This document shows positions 1 through 8,886 of a DNA stretch of 38,410 bases, one piece after another. Position 1 is the first letter of the stretch; the number at the start of each line of letters is the position of its first letter. The notes under the pieces were generated by a model. That model was not told where the DNA came from and made no database searches. It worked only from the letters and a program-made list of their open reading frames with translations. Source of the DNA: Actinomycetota bacterium (GTDB lineage: Bacteria > Actinomycetota > Actinomycetes > Mycobacteriales > CADCTP01); NCBI GenBank assembly GCA_046744115.1, contig JBKOXW010000147.1, positions 1 to 38,410 of the forward strand, in the 5' to 3' direction. The translations under genes and the position numbers were made by a program.

Positions 1-28
1 CTCGTGGGTTCGAATCCCACGCCCTCCG
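1..28 (+). tRNA. 3' end of a tRNA (T-arm plus acceptor 3' strand); probably a class II tRNA such as tRNA-Ser, identity not determinable
   Basis: gtggg-ttcgaat-cccac T stem-loop, then 7-nt acceptor strand gccctcc and discriminator G at 28. Acceptor would start GGAGGGC and has G73, as in Ser tRNAs. Anticodon lies outside the window. Confidence 0.7.
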
Positions 29-87
29 CAGATTGAAGGGAATCGCAGGCCAGAGGCCCCGCCGCGGTGGTCGTCGTCGCGGTCACC

Positions 88-180
88 TCAGTACGGCAGG
101 ACCCGACCGGCCGGCGTGCGCAGGTCGAGGTCGGCGGGCGCGGCCGGCCGCTTCGGCTTGCGGATCTGGGTCTGGCGCAT
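88..180 (-). CDS. Candidate 30-aa small protein MRQTQIRKPKRPAAPADLDLRTPAGRVLPY (unknown function)
   Basis: Below the 60-aa cutoff of the ORF track. ATG at 180 is preceded by GGGAG 6 nt upstream. 29 of 30 codons end in G/C by my count. TGA stop at 90-88. Confidence 0.35.
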   Translation of the reverse strand: MRQTQIRKPKRPAAPADLDLRTPAGRVLPY

Positions 181-313
181 CGTGTACTCCCGTATCGGGG
201 CTCTGCGGACACGAGCAGCTTCGCGCCGGTATAGATACAGGGCATCACGGCCAGCGGCCGTCTTGTACTGGGGCTAGGCCGAATCCCCGGCTTCTGGCTA
301 GCCGGTAGACGGG

Positions 314-1459
314 TTGGCCTGCCCGAATGTCGGACCGGTCGCATACTCTCCGATCGTGACCGTCCATGAGCTATCTCGCCTCGATGCGCGCCGCATCGCC
401 GTGCGCGCGCAGCTTCTGGACGCCGGGCGGCCCACCGATCTGCTGGACACCGTCCGCCGCCTGACGCTGCTCCAGCTCGACCCGACCGCGGCCGTCGCTC
501 CCAGCGCCGATCTGGTCGCGTGGAGCCGCCTCGGCTCGTCGTACCAGACGAGAGAGCTGGATCTTGCGCTGGAGATGCGCACCCTGATCGAACTGCGGGC
601 GATGATCCGGCCCGCCGAGGATCTCGCGCTCTACCGTGCCGAGATGGCCCAGCGGCGCGAGCCCGGCGTGCTCCGGGACTGGCGGCTGTCGCAGCAGAAG
701 TGGATAGCGGCCAACGACGCATGTCGCCGAGACATCCTGGATCGGCTTACCCGATTCGGGCCGTTGCCGTCGCGAGATCTTCCGGACACATGCGAGGTGC
801 CGTGGTCGTCGACGGGCTGGACCAACGATCGCAACGTCACGCAGATGCTGGGTTTCATGGTCCGGCGCGGCGAAGTCGCGGTCGCGGGGCGGCGAGGCCG
901 CGACCGGCTGTGGGACCTGGCGAGCCGGGTCTATCCGGATGATCCGGTCGTCCCCGCGGACGAGGCGCTTCGCATCCGGAACGAGCTGCGCCTGCGTTCG
1001 CTGGGCATCGCCCGGTCGCGAGGCCAGGAGTGCCCGGTCGAGCCATGGGATGTCGGCGATGCCGGTGAGCCCGCGGTCGTCGAGGGGGTCCGCGGTCAGT
1101 GGCGGGTTGACCCTGCCCAGCTAGGACAGCCGTTCACCGGGCGGGCGGCGTTGCTGTCGCCGTTCGATCGATTGATCCACGACCGCAAGCGCATGGTGGA
1201 GATCTTCGAGTTCGACTATCAGCTGGAGATGTACAAGCCGGCTGCTCAGCGCCGGTGGGGATACTTCGCGTTGCCGATCCTGTTCGGCGACCGGCTGGTG
1301 GGCAAGCTCGACGCCACGGCCGATCGGACGGCCGGCGAGCTCCGGGTCGACGCGATCCACGAGGACGTCCCGTTCGACAAGGCCGCCTCAGCCGCCGTAG
1401 ACGAGGAGATCAAGGACCTGGCGCGCTGGCTGGAGCTAGACCTCACACTGCCTGTATAG
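314..1459 (+). CDS. Winged-helix DNA glycosylase, YcaQ/AlkZ family (DUF1006), YcaQ-like subtype
   Basis: N-terminal LSRLDARRIAVRAQLLD and a Q-L-D motif (LLQLDP) at the expected position. C-terminal YKPAAQRRWGYFALPILFGDRLVGKLDATADR is typical of the family. Start is either TTG 314 or, more likely, GTG 356. Confidence 0.85.
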   Translation: MACPNVGPVAYSPIVTVHELSRLDARRIAVRAQLLDAGRPTDLLDTVRRLTLLQLDPTAAVAPSADLVAWSRLGSSYQTRELDLALEMRTLIELRAMIRPAEDLALYRAEMAQRREPGVLRDWRLSQQKWIAANDACRRDILDRLTRFGPLPSRDLPDTCEVPWSSTGWTNDRNVTQMLGFMVRRGEVAVAGRRGRDRLWDLASRVYPDDPVVPADEALRIRNELRLRSLGIARSRGQECPVEPWDVGDAGEPAVVEGVRGQWRVDPAQLGQPFTGRAALLSPFDRLIHDRKRMVEIFEFDYQLEMYKPAAQRRWGYFALPILFGDRLVGKLDATADRTAGELRVDAIHEDVPFDKAASAAVDEEIKDLARWLELDLTLPV

Positions 1460-1480
1460 GCGCGGAATCGGGCACCCACC

Positions 1481-2152
1481 ATGACGAACGGCGACCCGAG
1501 CGGCGAGGTCGACCGGTCCCACACCGGCCCGAGCCCAGCTGCGGTCAGCTTCGTGACCACCGAGCACTTCACCCTCCAGGGAGCGCGCTCGTCCACCATC
1601 GCCGAGGCAACGGGCCGGGCGAGCATTTTCCTCGGCGCCGTGTCCGGGGGGCTGGTCGGCCTCGGGCTGATGGCGACCGCCACCGGCGTCGGCGAGGCGT
1701 TCTATGCCTTTGGGCTTCTCCTGCTACCCACGCTGGCGTTCGTGGGCCTGGTCACCTTCGACCGGGCGTTGCAGTCAGGGATCGAAGACTACGGCTACGC
1801 GCGCCGCGTCGCTCGACTGCGCGGCTACTACTTCCAATACGCCCCCGAGCTGGTCGACTACCTGCTCAGCGTTCCGCCGGCGGAACGGCTGAAGATCCAG
1901 GGCATGTGGGGCGGGCGCTGGCAGAGGTTCTTGACCGTGGCGGGAATGGTCGGCGTGATCACCGCCGTGCTCGCCGGCTCGGCCGCCGGGCTGCTCGCCG
2001 CCGTCGTCTTCGAACTGCTGGTCGCGGCGCTGATCGCGGGTGTCCTGGTTGCCGTCATTGTCCTGGTCTGGCTTATACGCTACGAGGCGTCCGCGTGGAA
2101 GCGGGTCGGCACCGCGCCGCTCTTCTCCGACGAAGAAGCCCAGCGCCAGTGA
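1481..2152 (+). CDS. Hypothetical integral membrane protein (about 4 hydrophobic segments)
   Basis: 223-aa ORF 21 nt after the glycosylase gene, with hydrophobic stretches (IFLGAVSGGLVGLGLMA, FGLLLLPTLAFVGLV, two near the C-terminus). No family recognised. Confidence 0.6.
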   Translation: MTNGDPSGEVDRSHTGPSPAAVSFVTTEHFTLQGARSSTIAEATGRASIFLGAVSGGLVGLGLMATATGVGEAFYAFGLLLLPTLAFVGLVTFDRALQSGIEDYGYARRVARLRGYYFQYAPELVDYLLSVPPAERLKIQGMWGGRWQRFLTVAGMVGVITAVLAGSAAGLLAAVVFELLVAALIAGVLVAVIVLVWLIRYEASAWKRVGTAPLFSDEEAQRQ

Positions 2153-2201
2153 GCTGATCCGCCGTAATGCCTCGCCCTGGCGCGGTCACCCGCGCATCGA
2201 G

Positions 2202-2223
2202 ACCGCGGCCCGGGCCGTGCGGT
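2202..2223. terminator. GC-rich hairpin between convergent genes (possible bidirectional terminator)
   Basis: accgc-ggcccgggcc-gtgcggt inverted repeat between the stops at 2152 (+) and 2250 (-). Confidence 0.3.
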
Positions 2224-2249
2224 GACAGAAGAGGGCACCCCCGTATCGC

Positions 2250-2945
2250 TCAGCCGGTCCGGCGGTACCTGACCAGGCCGTAAGCCAGCGAGCCCACGTT
2301 GATGCCGATGGCCGGCCGGTAGCCCGGCTTCATCCACTGCATCAGCCACCGCAGGTGGGTCTCCGGGACGGCCACGCAGCCGGCCGTGGGCCCGCCGCTG
2401 GAGATGTGGAGGAAGAACGCGCTGCCCGCGCCCGGCACGACCGGGAAGCGGTTGTAGTTGATGACCACCGCATGCTTGTAGAGGATGCCGAAGTCGATCA
2501 GATGCTCGGACCGGGACTCGTCGAATGGGCAGCTGCCCGGCGCGCAGCGGTAATGCTGGTTGTAGTACGGGGATTGGGTGTCGCTCACCCACCAGTCGTT
2601 GTTGTCCACGACCCGGTACGGCAGGGCCGTGCCGGGGTTGGCGCCGATGCCGAACGCCTCGGTCAGGCCGAACGTGCCCGCAGGCGTGCGGCCGAGACCC
2701 TCCCGGGTGGCGCCCACCCCGCTGTACCCGACGTTCGCGGTGATGGGGCCGTAGACGCGCCTGTACACCGGGCTCCAGATTGGCCGCTGCCAGGCCTCCA
2801 GCACAGCGGTCTGCGAGGTGGAAGTGGCCGCCTTCACGGTGATCACCTGCACTGGCCCGAAGACCGCTCCCGCCGCCGGGGAGAAGACCACGGTCGCGGC
2901 CACGACGAGGATGCCGACGAGGAGCATCCGACGGAACGTCCTCAT
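2250..2945 (-). CDS. L,D-transpeptidase (YkuD domain) with N-terminal signal peptide
   Basis: Signal-like MRTFRRMLLVGILVVAATVVFSPAAGA. Catalytic signature FFLHISSGGPTAGCVAV (His ... Gly-Cys). Confidence 0.85.
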   Translation of the reverse strand: MRTFRRMLLVGILVVAATVVFSPAAGAVFGPVQVITVKAATSTSQTAVLEAWQRPIWSPVYRRVYGPITANVGYSGVGATREGLGRTPAGTFGLTEAFGIGANPGTALPYRVVDNNDWWVSDTQSPYYNQHYRCAPGSCPFDESRSEHLIDFGILYKHAVVINYNRFPVVPGAGSAFFLHISSGGPTAGCVAVPETHLRWLMQWMKPGYRPAIGINVGSLAYGLVRYRRTG

Positions 2946-3069
2946 AGCGTCGACCTTCCAGAACGGCGGGCCCGGATGCGGCCGAATTCTTCTACCAGAA
3001 CGATCGTCGGGACGACAACCCGTGCGTGCCGTCTACACCCGAGCGGGTGGCGGCGCGACCGCCAGTGGT

Positions 3070-3945
3070 TCAGCCGCCCAGGTCGGCGACGGTCGCGACC
3101 TGCGTCGACGGCGGTGCCGTGATGGAGACGGGTTGCCCCCAATCGGAGTAGGCGGCCTTGGCAACGGTCCGTACCGTGCCCTTCTCGGTCCGCAACCGTA
3201 AGGTCAGGCCGAACTGCCGCAGCAGCCCATCATCATCGACCCACACCGTCCACGGCAGCTGGGTGACGCCCAGCTCCGGAAGCTGCGCGTATCGCTCCTC
3301 TGTGGACAGCGCTGTGATGTCGGTGCGCCCCTGGTATCTGGTCATGGTCTCGCCACCGATGGTCTCGCGCTTTGGCCGCGCGGTGAACTTGCCCTTCTCC
3401 ATGAGGACGAGACTGTCTGTGGGGGAGGCGCCGCGCAGGTCGTCCTCGACCTGATCCAACAGCTGCTGGAGCAGCGCCTTCAGCTCCGCCGCGGCGGGGT
3501 CATCGAGCGCGGCGAGGTCCGCACGGCTCATCCGCAGCCACGGCTTCCCGGGCGCGGCCTCCTCGCCCTCTTGCTGCACGTAGACGACGCGGTTGAGAAC
3601 GATGACCCTGCCCGTCTCGGTCACGCCATCCTCGGTCGTCGTCGAGTCCAGATCCATGTCGACCCGGTTGCCCGCCGCGATGCGAATGACCCCCTCGATC
3701 CGCACCGAGGCCCGCTGCACGCCGCCGGACGTGGCCTTGATGTCCATCTCGACGCGCAGAGTCGGCCGGGCGGGCACCTGCTGCTCGATCTGCTCGGCCA
3801 GGGCGGGCGCGTTTGGTGCGGCCTCGGGCGGCGCCTCGCTGGTCGCGGTGACCCCGCCGGGCAGTGCATCGGGCCCATCGTCCTGCGCGCAGCCGGAGAG
3901 CACCGCGCCGATCAACACGGCGATCATTGGCGTGACTCGCCTCAT
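3070..3945 (-). CDS. Secreted lipoprotein, function unknown
   Basis: Internal start MRRVTPMIAVLIGAVLSGC has a lipobox (LSGC) and GGAGG 5 nt upstream of ATG 3945. The ORF-track start at 4035 is an upstream extension. Confidence 0.75.
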   Translation of the reverse strand: MRRVTPMIAVLIGAVLSGCAQDDGPDALPGGVTATSEAPPEAAPNAPALAEQIEQQVPARPTLRVEMDIKATSGGVQRASVRIEGVIRIAAGNRVDMDLDSTTTEDGVTETGRVIVLNRVVYVQQEGEEAAPGKPWLRMSRADLAALDDPAAAELKALLQQLLDQVEDDLRGASPTDSLVLMEKGKFTARPKRETIGGETMTRYQGRTDITALSTEERYAQLPELGVTQLPWTVWVDDDGLLRQFGLTLRLRTEKGTVRTVAKAAYSDWGQPVSITAPPSTQVATVADLGG

Positions 3946-4081
3946 TGCGCCTCCACCTCGGCGTCGCTGTCCACGAGGGTCCCATGGTCCTCGGCGCTCA
4001 CCGCCGGCCCCCGACGCCGACCACGCTGATCTCATGCAATCTCAGCACGCATGGCAGCGCGATGCGGCGCATCGGTGGGGA

Positions 4082-5209
4082 TCAGGGCAGGGTGGACCAG
4101 AAGTCGAGCCTGTGCTCGGCGGCGTAGTCGACGGGCGTGATGCCGCCGGGTCCCGGCGCGAGGGACTGTACGTACGGCACGGGTTGCGCAGCGTCGAACG
4201 GCTGCCATGGCAGAAGGTCGACGCCGTTGGGGTCGCCGTCGCGCGCGAAGTTCGCCCAGTAGCGGATCATCTGGTCGGACAGGTGCCGCTGCTCGGGCGT
4301 GCTCGCCGCCTGGAACGGCTCGTCGGGGAAGACGTACGGAACCTCGGCGGCGTGGAAGGCGCCGGGCGGGAAGTCCTCGGGGAATGGCAGGTACATCGGC
4401 GCCTGCCGGTCGGCGAACTCGTACGCGTAGACAGGCCTCTTCGGCCGCCAGCCGAACCACGCCACCGCGGGCAGGTCAGGGAAGATGCCGCCGGCCGGCA
4501 GGTCCATCAACGCGAATCCACTTTGGATGATCGCTCGGTGGAAGCGCCCCGCCGACGCCGGAGCAACGAGGTGGGCGGAGGTCGACAGCCCACCGTAGGA
4601 CTCGCCGAACACCGTCACGTTGCCGGGATCACCGCCGAACTCGGCGGCGTTGCGTGCCACCCAGCGCAGCGCGGCCTGCTGGTCCTCCAAGCCGAAGGCG
4701 CCCGAGCCCGCCAGGCCCGGGTGGCCAAAGGCGCCAAAGATGCTCAGCCGGTAGTTGATCGTCACGACCACCACGTCGCCGAGGGTGGCGAGCCGGCGGG
4801 CGTCGAAGAAGCTGCCGGCTCCCACGGCGCCGTCACCGTGGATCCACACCATCACCGGCATGGGCCGCTGCAGGTCGGCGGACCGGGGGGTGGTCACGTT
4901 CAAGCAGAGGCAGTCCTCCTCCAGGCTGGCCACATCGGCATACGAGGAGGGCTGCTGGGGGCACATGCTGCCCGGCGCGGTGGCATCCCTGGGCTGCGTC
5001 CACGCACCTGCTGGCCGAGGGGATCGCCAGCGCCCTTCGCCCGCGGTCGACGCAGCGTAGGGGATCCCCTGGAACAGCCGGTACTTGTCGGCCACGATCC
5101 CGCGCACCGGACCGGAGTCGGTCCGCACGATCGCGGCATCGGTCATGTCGCCATGATGCCCGTGATCCGCGGACAGGCCATGACCCGGACGGGCAGTGGG
5201 CCTGGGCAT
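4082..5209 (-). CDS. Carboxylesterase/lipase type B family protein, unusually short (375 aa)
   Basis: Motifs FQGIPYA, EDCLCLNV, VMVWIHGDG, nucleophile elbow FGESYGG, and GAFHAAEVPYVF (catalytic His region). GAGGAG lies 8 nt upstream of ATG 5209. Confidence 0.8.
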   Translation of the reverse strand: MPRPTARPGHGLSADHGHHGDMTDAAIVRTDSGPVRGIVADKYRLFQGIPYAASTAGEGRWRSPRPAGAWTQPRDATAPGSMCPQQPSSYADVASLEEDCLCLNVTTPRSADLQRPMPVMVWIHGDGAVGAGSFFDARRLATLGDVVVVTINYRLSIFGAFGHPGLAGSGAFGLEDQQAALRWVARNAAEFGGDPGNVTVFGESYGGLSTSAHLVAPASAGRFHRAIIQSGFALMDLPAGGIFPDLPAVAWFGWRPKRPVYAYEFADRQAPMYLPFPEDFPPGAFHAAEVPYVFPDEPFQAASTPEQRHLSDQMIRYWANFARDGDPNGVDLLPWQPFDAAQPVPYVQSLAPGPGGITPVDYAAEHRLDFWSTLP

Positions 5210-5331
5210 GCGGAAGGCTCCTCGGTCGCTGCGTAGCAGCGAGACCCTACGGTCAGCCGAGAGGCGCTCACCAGGTCGCGAGGCGGCAGGACCTCGCCAC
5301 TGGCGTGTATATGCCAGACCGACCCGGTCGG

Positions 5332-5508
5332 TCAGTCGAAGCGGGTGCTCGCACCGCCGATGAGCAGCGAGGCGAGGATCCCGAGCGGGAGGGTGCCGAC
5401 GTAGGACACCTCCTGGCCGAGGTTGCCGAGGAACAGCATGAGCAGCCAGGTGGCCGGGAACGTGGCGATGACGAACGTGACGGCGAGAATCAGCAGACCC
5501 CTGATCAT
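5332..5508 (-). CDS. Small hydrophobic membrane protein (58 aa)
   Basis: MIRGLLILAVTFVIATFPATWLLMLFLGNLG... has two hydrophobic segments. GGAAGGGA lies upstream of ATG 5508. Hairpin gaccgac-ccg-gtcggtc overlaps the stop. Confidence 0.5.
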   Translation of the reverse strand: MIRGLLILAVTFVIATFPATWLLMLFLGNLGQEVSYVGTLPLGILASLLIGGASTRFD

Positions 5509-5566
5509 GACTGTCCCTTCCGGTGGACGGCTGCCCGCAGCGTGATCCATAGAGGACGCTCGGCCC

Positions 5567-6541
5567 TCACCCGCCGAGGGTGAATCCCGTACGAGCGAGG
5601 CAGGTCGCGAGCAGGGCCGGGTCGATATTGCCGCCGGAGACGACGGCCACCGTCCGGCCAGCGGGCAGCCCGTCCCGCCGGGACAGGTAGGCAGCGGTGG
5701 TCACCGCGCCGCTCGGCTCCGCCACCAGCCGCGACTTCCGGGCGAGCACGCCGACCGCGTCCAGGATCTCCGCATCGGTGACGGTCACGATGCCGTCGAT
5801 CAGCCGCCGTAAGTGGGACAGGGTGAGCTCGGACAGCGGTGTGCGCAGCCCGTCCGCGACCGTCCGGTGCCGCTGCTGCTCGGTCCACGGCCGCAGCTCG
5901 CCGGCGAGCACGCTGTCCCGGGCGTCCGCGGCGAGCTCCGGCTCGACGCCGATCACCCGTGCCGACGACGCCAGCGCGCGCACCGCCACCGCGATGCCGC
6001 TGGCCAGCCCGCCGCCGCCGACCGGCACCAGCACCACCTCGACGTCGGGCAGGTCGGCGACGATCTCCATCCCCACCGTGCCCTGCCCGGCGATCACGTC
6101 GCGGTGGTCGTACGGCGGGATTAGCACCAGCCCGCGCTCCGCCCTCAACTGCTCGGCCCGGGCCAGCCGCTCGGCCGGCGGCACCAGCACGACCTCCGCG
6201 CCCAGCTGCCGGGTCGCGTCGATCTTGATCGGCGCGGCGACGTCCGGCATCACCACCACGGCCGGGATACCAAATGCGCGGGCTGCGTACGCCGCCGCCT
6301 GCGCGTGGTTGCCGCTCGAGTGCGTCACCACGCCGCGCGCCCGCGCATCGGCCGGCAACGCCGCGATCGTGTGGTAGGCGCCGCGGATCTTGAACGAGCC
6401 GATCGGTTGCAGGCTCTCCGGCTTCAGCCACAGCGGCCGGTCGGAGTCGGCCCACGGGCACGGCAGCAGCGGCGTGCGCACCGCTACCCGGCCGATGATC
6501 TCGGCGGCGGCGCGCACCGCGTGGACCGAGACGAGGTCCAC
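5567..6541 (-). CDS. PLP-dependent serine/threonine dehydratase (threonine ammonia-lyase / serine racemase-like fold type II)
   Basis: PLP-lysine motif PIGSFKIRGAY, glycine loop VPVGGGGLASG, 324 aa. Confidence 0.9.
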   Translation of the reverse strand: MDLVSVHAVRAAAEIIGRVAVRTPLLPCPWADSDRPLWLKPESLQPIGSFKIRGAYHTIAALPADARARGVVTHSSGNHAQAAAYAARAFGIPAVVVMPDVAAPIKIDATRQLGAEVVLVPPAERLARAEQLRAERGLVLIPPYDHRDVIAGQGTVGMEIVADLPDVEVVLVPVGGGGLASGIAVAVRALASSARVIGVEPELAADARDSVLAGELRPWTEQQRHRTVADGLRTPLSELTLSHLRRLIDGIVTVTDAEILDAVGVLARKSRLVAEPSGAVTTAAYLSRRDGLPAGRTVAVVSGGNIDPALLATCLARTGFTLGG

Positions 6542-6985
6542 TCAGCAGCTCCGTCCACTGTTGACACAGTCCACGACGCGCGCCGACCTGTCACCGTTGC
6601 CGCAGGTCGTGCCCGCTGCGGCCAGGCTCTGCTCAGTGGAGAACGCGTCGGTCGAGACGTTGCCGACGTAGTCGTGGACGTGGTGCGCGGCACCCGGCTC
6701 GCCCGGCGCGGTGATCATGTTGTCGGAGTTCCGGTGATCGGAGCGGCCGCACGACGACACGGCCGATCCGGTCGAGGCCGCCGGGCCGGGCTCGGGCGCC
6801 CGGTAGTTCGGCGAGACATCGCCGACATCGACGTAGTCCTCGGCCGACGGGACCGAACCGCCGCCATTCGCCGAGCTCGCGATCGTCAGGATGCCGGCGG
6901 CGAGCACCAGCACCACCAGCGCGGCCAACCCCCAGAGCAGCCACGGAGGCCACCGCCCGGTCGCGCGCCCGAACACCCGACTCAT
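6542..6985 (-). CDS. Membrane-anchored DUF1996-like protein, apparently C-terminally truncated
   Basis: N-terminal TM anchor, then SSCGRSDHRNSDNMITAPGEPGAAHHVHDYVGNVSTDAFST...TTCGNGDRSA, which matches the N-terminal signature of DUF1996. The ORF stops about 15 codons later, directly abutting the dehydratase GTG start. Confidence 0.55.
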   Translation of the reverse strand: MSRVFGRATGRWPPWLLWGLAALVVLVLAAGILTIASSANGGGSVPSAEDYVDVGDVSPNYRAPEPGPAASTGSAVSSCGRSDHRNSDNMITAPGEPGAAHHVHDYVGNVSTDAFSTEQSLAAAGTTCGNGDRSARVVDCVNSGRSC

Positions 6986-7044
6986 TCTGCTGCGGCAGGG
7001 GCGGGGGACGGAAGCTATGGAACGGGGGGCTTCGGTACGGCACG

Positions 7045-7785
7045 ATGGGTGAGATCAGCCGACGGGAGGACGACCTGGTGAGCGCGTGCGAGCGGGGCAC
7101 GGTGCTGCTGGGGGCACATGTGTTGCACGCCCTCGACCCCGACGAGACCCGGGACGTCGAGGCGCACCTGGCCGAGTGCGCGCAGTGCCGCGCCGAGCTG
7201 GCGGAGCTGGAGCAGGTGCGGGCGCTGCTGGACGAGGTGCCGCGGGAGGCGTTCCTGGAGGGGCCGCCCGAGGACGCAGACCTGCTGCTCGCCCGAACGC
7301 TTCGGCAGGCCGGCGCCGAGACCGCCCGCGGCACCCGCGTGCGGCTGATCTCCGGCATCGCGGCCGCCGCGGTCGCCGTCGTCGCGCTGGTCGGGGCGGG
7401 CGTGCTGATCGGCCGCGGCGCGGAGCCGGACGTGGCTGCCGGACCGCCGACGGCCTCGAGCCTCCCCACCCCTGTCGAGGGGACCCGGTTCGTCTCGGCC
7501 ACCGACCCGACCACTGGCGCGCGGCTCAGCGTACGGGTCGAGCCGGCGGCCGGCTGGGTCCGGCTCAACGCCGCGGTGCGCGGCATCGCGGCCGGCGAGC
7601 GGTGCCGGCTCATCGTGGTGGCCACCGACGGCGCGCGTGAGATCGCCGGGAGCTGGCTGGTCTCGGAGGCCGGCGCGCAGTCCGGCACCACGCTGGACGG
7701 ATCGGCGCTCGTCGCTCCGGACGACGTGGCCGCCGTCGTGGTGGAGAACGTCGAGGGACGCCAGTTCGTCTCCGCCGACGTGTGA
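7045..7785 (+). CDS. Zinc-finger (HxxxCxxC) transmembrane anti-sigma factor
   Basis: HLAECAQCRAEL ZAS motif, single TM segment ISGIAAAAVAVVALVGAGVLIG, extracytoplasmic C-terminal domain. Confidence 0.8.
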   Translation: MGEISRREDDLVSACERGTVLLGAHVLHALDPDETRDVEAHLAECAQCRAELAELEQVRALLDEVPREAFLEGPPEDADLLLARTLRQAGAETARGTRVRLISGIAAAAVAVVALVGAGVLIGRGAEPDVAAGPPTASSLPTPVEGTRFVSATDPTTGARLSVRVEPAAGWVRLNAAVRGIAAGERCRLIVVATDGAREIAGSWLVSEAGAQSGTTLDGSALVAPDDVAAVVVENVEGRQFVSADV

Positions 7786-7791
7786 CGCGCC

Positions 7792-8334
7792 GTGCCGCCA
7801 CGCGCCCGCCGGGGTGCCGCCGATCAGGCATTGATCCGGTCGCTCTACGACGAGCACGGCCGGGCGTTGCTGGCGTACGCGACGCGGTTGACCGGTGACC
7901 GCTCGGACGCCGAGGACGTGGTCCAGGAGACACTGCTGCGCGCCTGGCGCAACCCGAGCGTGCTGGCCGACGCGGAGCGCTCGCCCCGCGGCTGGCTATT
8001 CACCGTCGCCAGGAACATCGTGATCGACCGGGCCCGGGCGAAGGCGGCCCGACCCACCGAGGTCCCCGAGTCGCCGTCGAACCAGCCGGTCTCGCGCGAC
8101 CACTCCGACGCCGTGGTCGACTCGCTCACCGTGCTGGAGGCGCTGAACCAGCTGTCCAAGGACCACCGGGACGTGCTGGTGGAGATCTACTTCCGCGGTC
8201 GCACCGTCAACGAGGCGGCCGAGATACTCGGGATTCCACCCGGGACGGTGAAGTCGCGCTCGTACTACGCGCTGGCCGCGCTGCGCGACTTCTTCGGCGG
8301 GCGCGGGCCCGCGCTGGACGGCATGACCGTCTGA
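7792..8334 (+). CDS. ECF-type RNA polymerase sigma-70 family factor
   Basis: Region 2 DAEDVVQETLLRAW and region 4 HRDVLVEIYFRGRTVNEAAEILGIPPGTVKSRSYYAL. Exact start is uncertain. Confidence 0.9.
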   Translation: MPPRARRGAADQALIRSLYDEHGRALLAYATRLTGDRSDAEDVVQETLLRAWRNPSVLADAERSPRGWLFTVARNIVIDRARAKAARPTEVPESPSNQPVSRDHSDAVVDSLTVLEALNQLSKDHRDVLVEIYFRGRTVNEAAEILGIPPGTVKSRSYYALAALRDFFGGRGPALDGMTV

Positions 8335-8361
8335 TCCGGACGGTCCGCCGCTGGTGTCCTG

Positions 8362-8886
8362 TCAGGACCCGGTGGCCCCGTCGATGCGCTCGCGCAGCAG
8401 GTCCGCGTGGCCGTTGTGGCGCGCGTACTCCTCGATCATGTGCAGGTAGACCCAGCGGACCGAGATCGGGCCGCCCTCGCGGCCCTCGCCGAACGTGTCG
8501 TCCGGGTCGGCGCCGGCGACGGCGGCCCGGATCTCCGCACATGCCTGCCGGTACGTGGCGAACATCGCCTCCGGGTCGGCCGTGTCCACGTCGTCGAAGT
8601 CGCCCTCCGGGTTCTCGTCGCTGTAGTACAGCGGCGGCACCTCCCGGCTGGCACGCCCCGCCACCCCGCGCAGGAACCAGCCACGCTCCACATCGGTCAG
8701 ATGGCGGACGAGGCCCAGCAGCGAGAGCGTGGACGGCTCGCACGATCGGCGCCGCAGCTGCTCGGCGTCCAGCCCGGCGCACTTGTTCAGCAGCGTGGCG
8801 CGATGGAACTCCAGCCACTCGTCCAGCATCGTCCGCTCGTCGGACACCCTCCGCGGGTCGGTTCTCGGGACCTCGGGCGCAACCAT
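8362..8886 (-). CDS. DinB-superfamily protein (DUF664 / mycothiol-transferase-like)
   Basis: DERTMLDEWLEFHRATLLNKCAGL, LLGLVRHLTDVERGWF, HMIEEYARHNGHADLLRERIDG. GGAGG lies 8 nt upstream of ATG 8886. Confidence 0.85.
   Translation of the reverse strand: MVAPEVPRTDPRRVSDERTMLDEWLEFHRATLLNKCAGLDAEQLRRRSCEPSTLSLLGLVRHLTDVERGWFLRGVAGRASREVPPLYYSDENPEGDFDDVDTADPEAMFATYRQACAEIRAAVAGADPDDTFGEGREGGPISVRWVYLHMIEEYARHNGHADLLRERIDGATGS

Noticed and set aside
5505-6461. 318-aa and 226-aa alternative-frame ORFs overlapping the dehydratase gene
   Set aside because: The frame at 5567-6541 carries the PLP-lysine motif SFKIRGA and glycine-rich loops. The alternatives are Arg/Gly/Ala-rich shadows.
8362-8886. 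DinB/DUF664 gene as the immunity partner of the upstream WXG-Vps62-like protein
   Set aside because: DUF664/DinB proteins are a widespread thiol-transferase-like housekeeping or accessory family. The gene has its own RBS after a ~67-nt gap. Nothing in the sequence links it to the putative effector.
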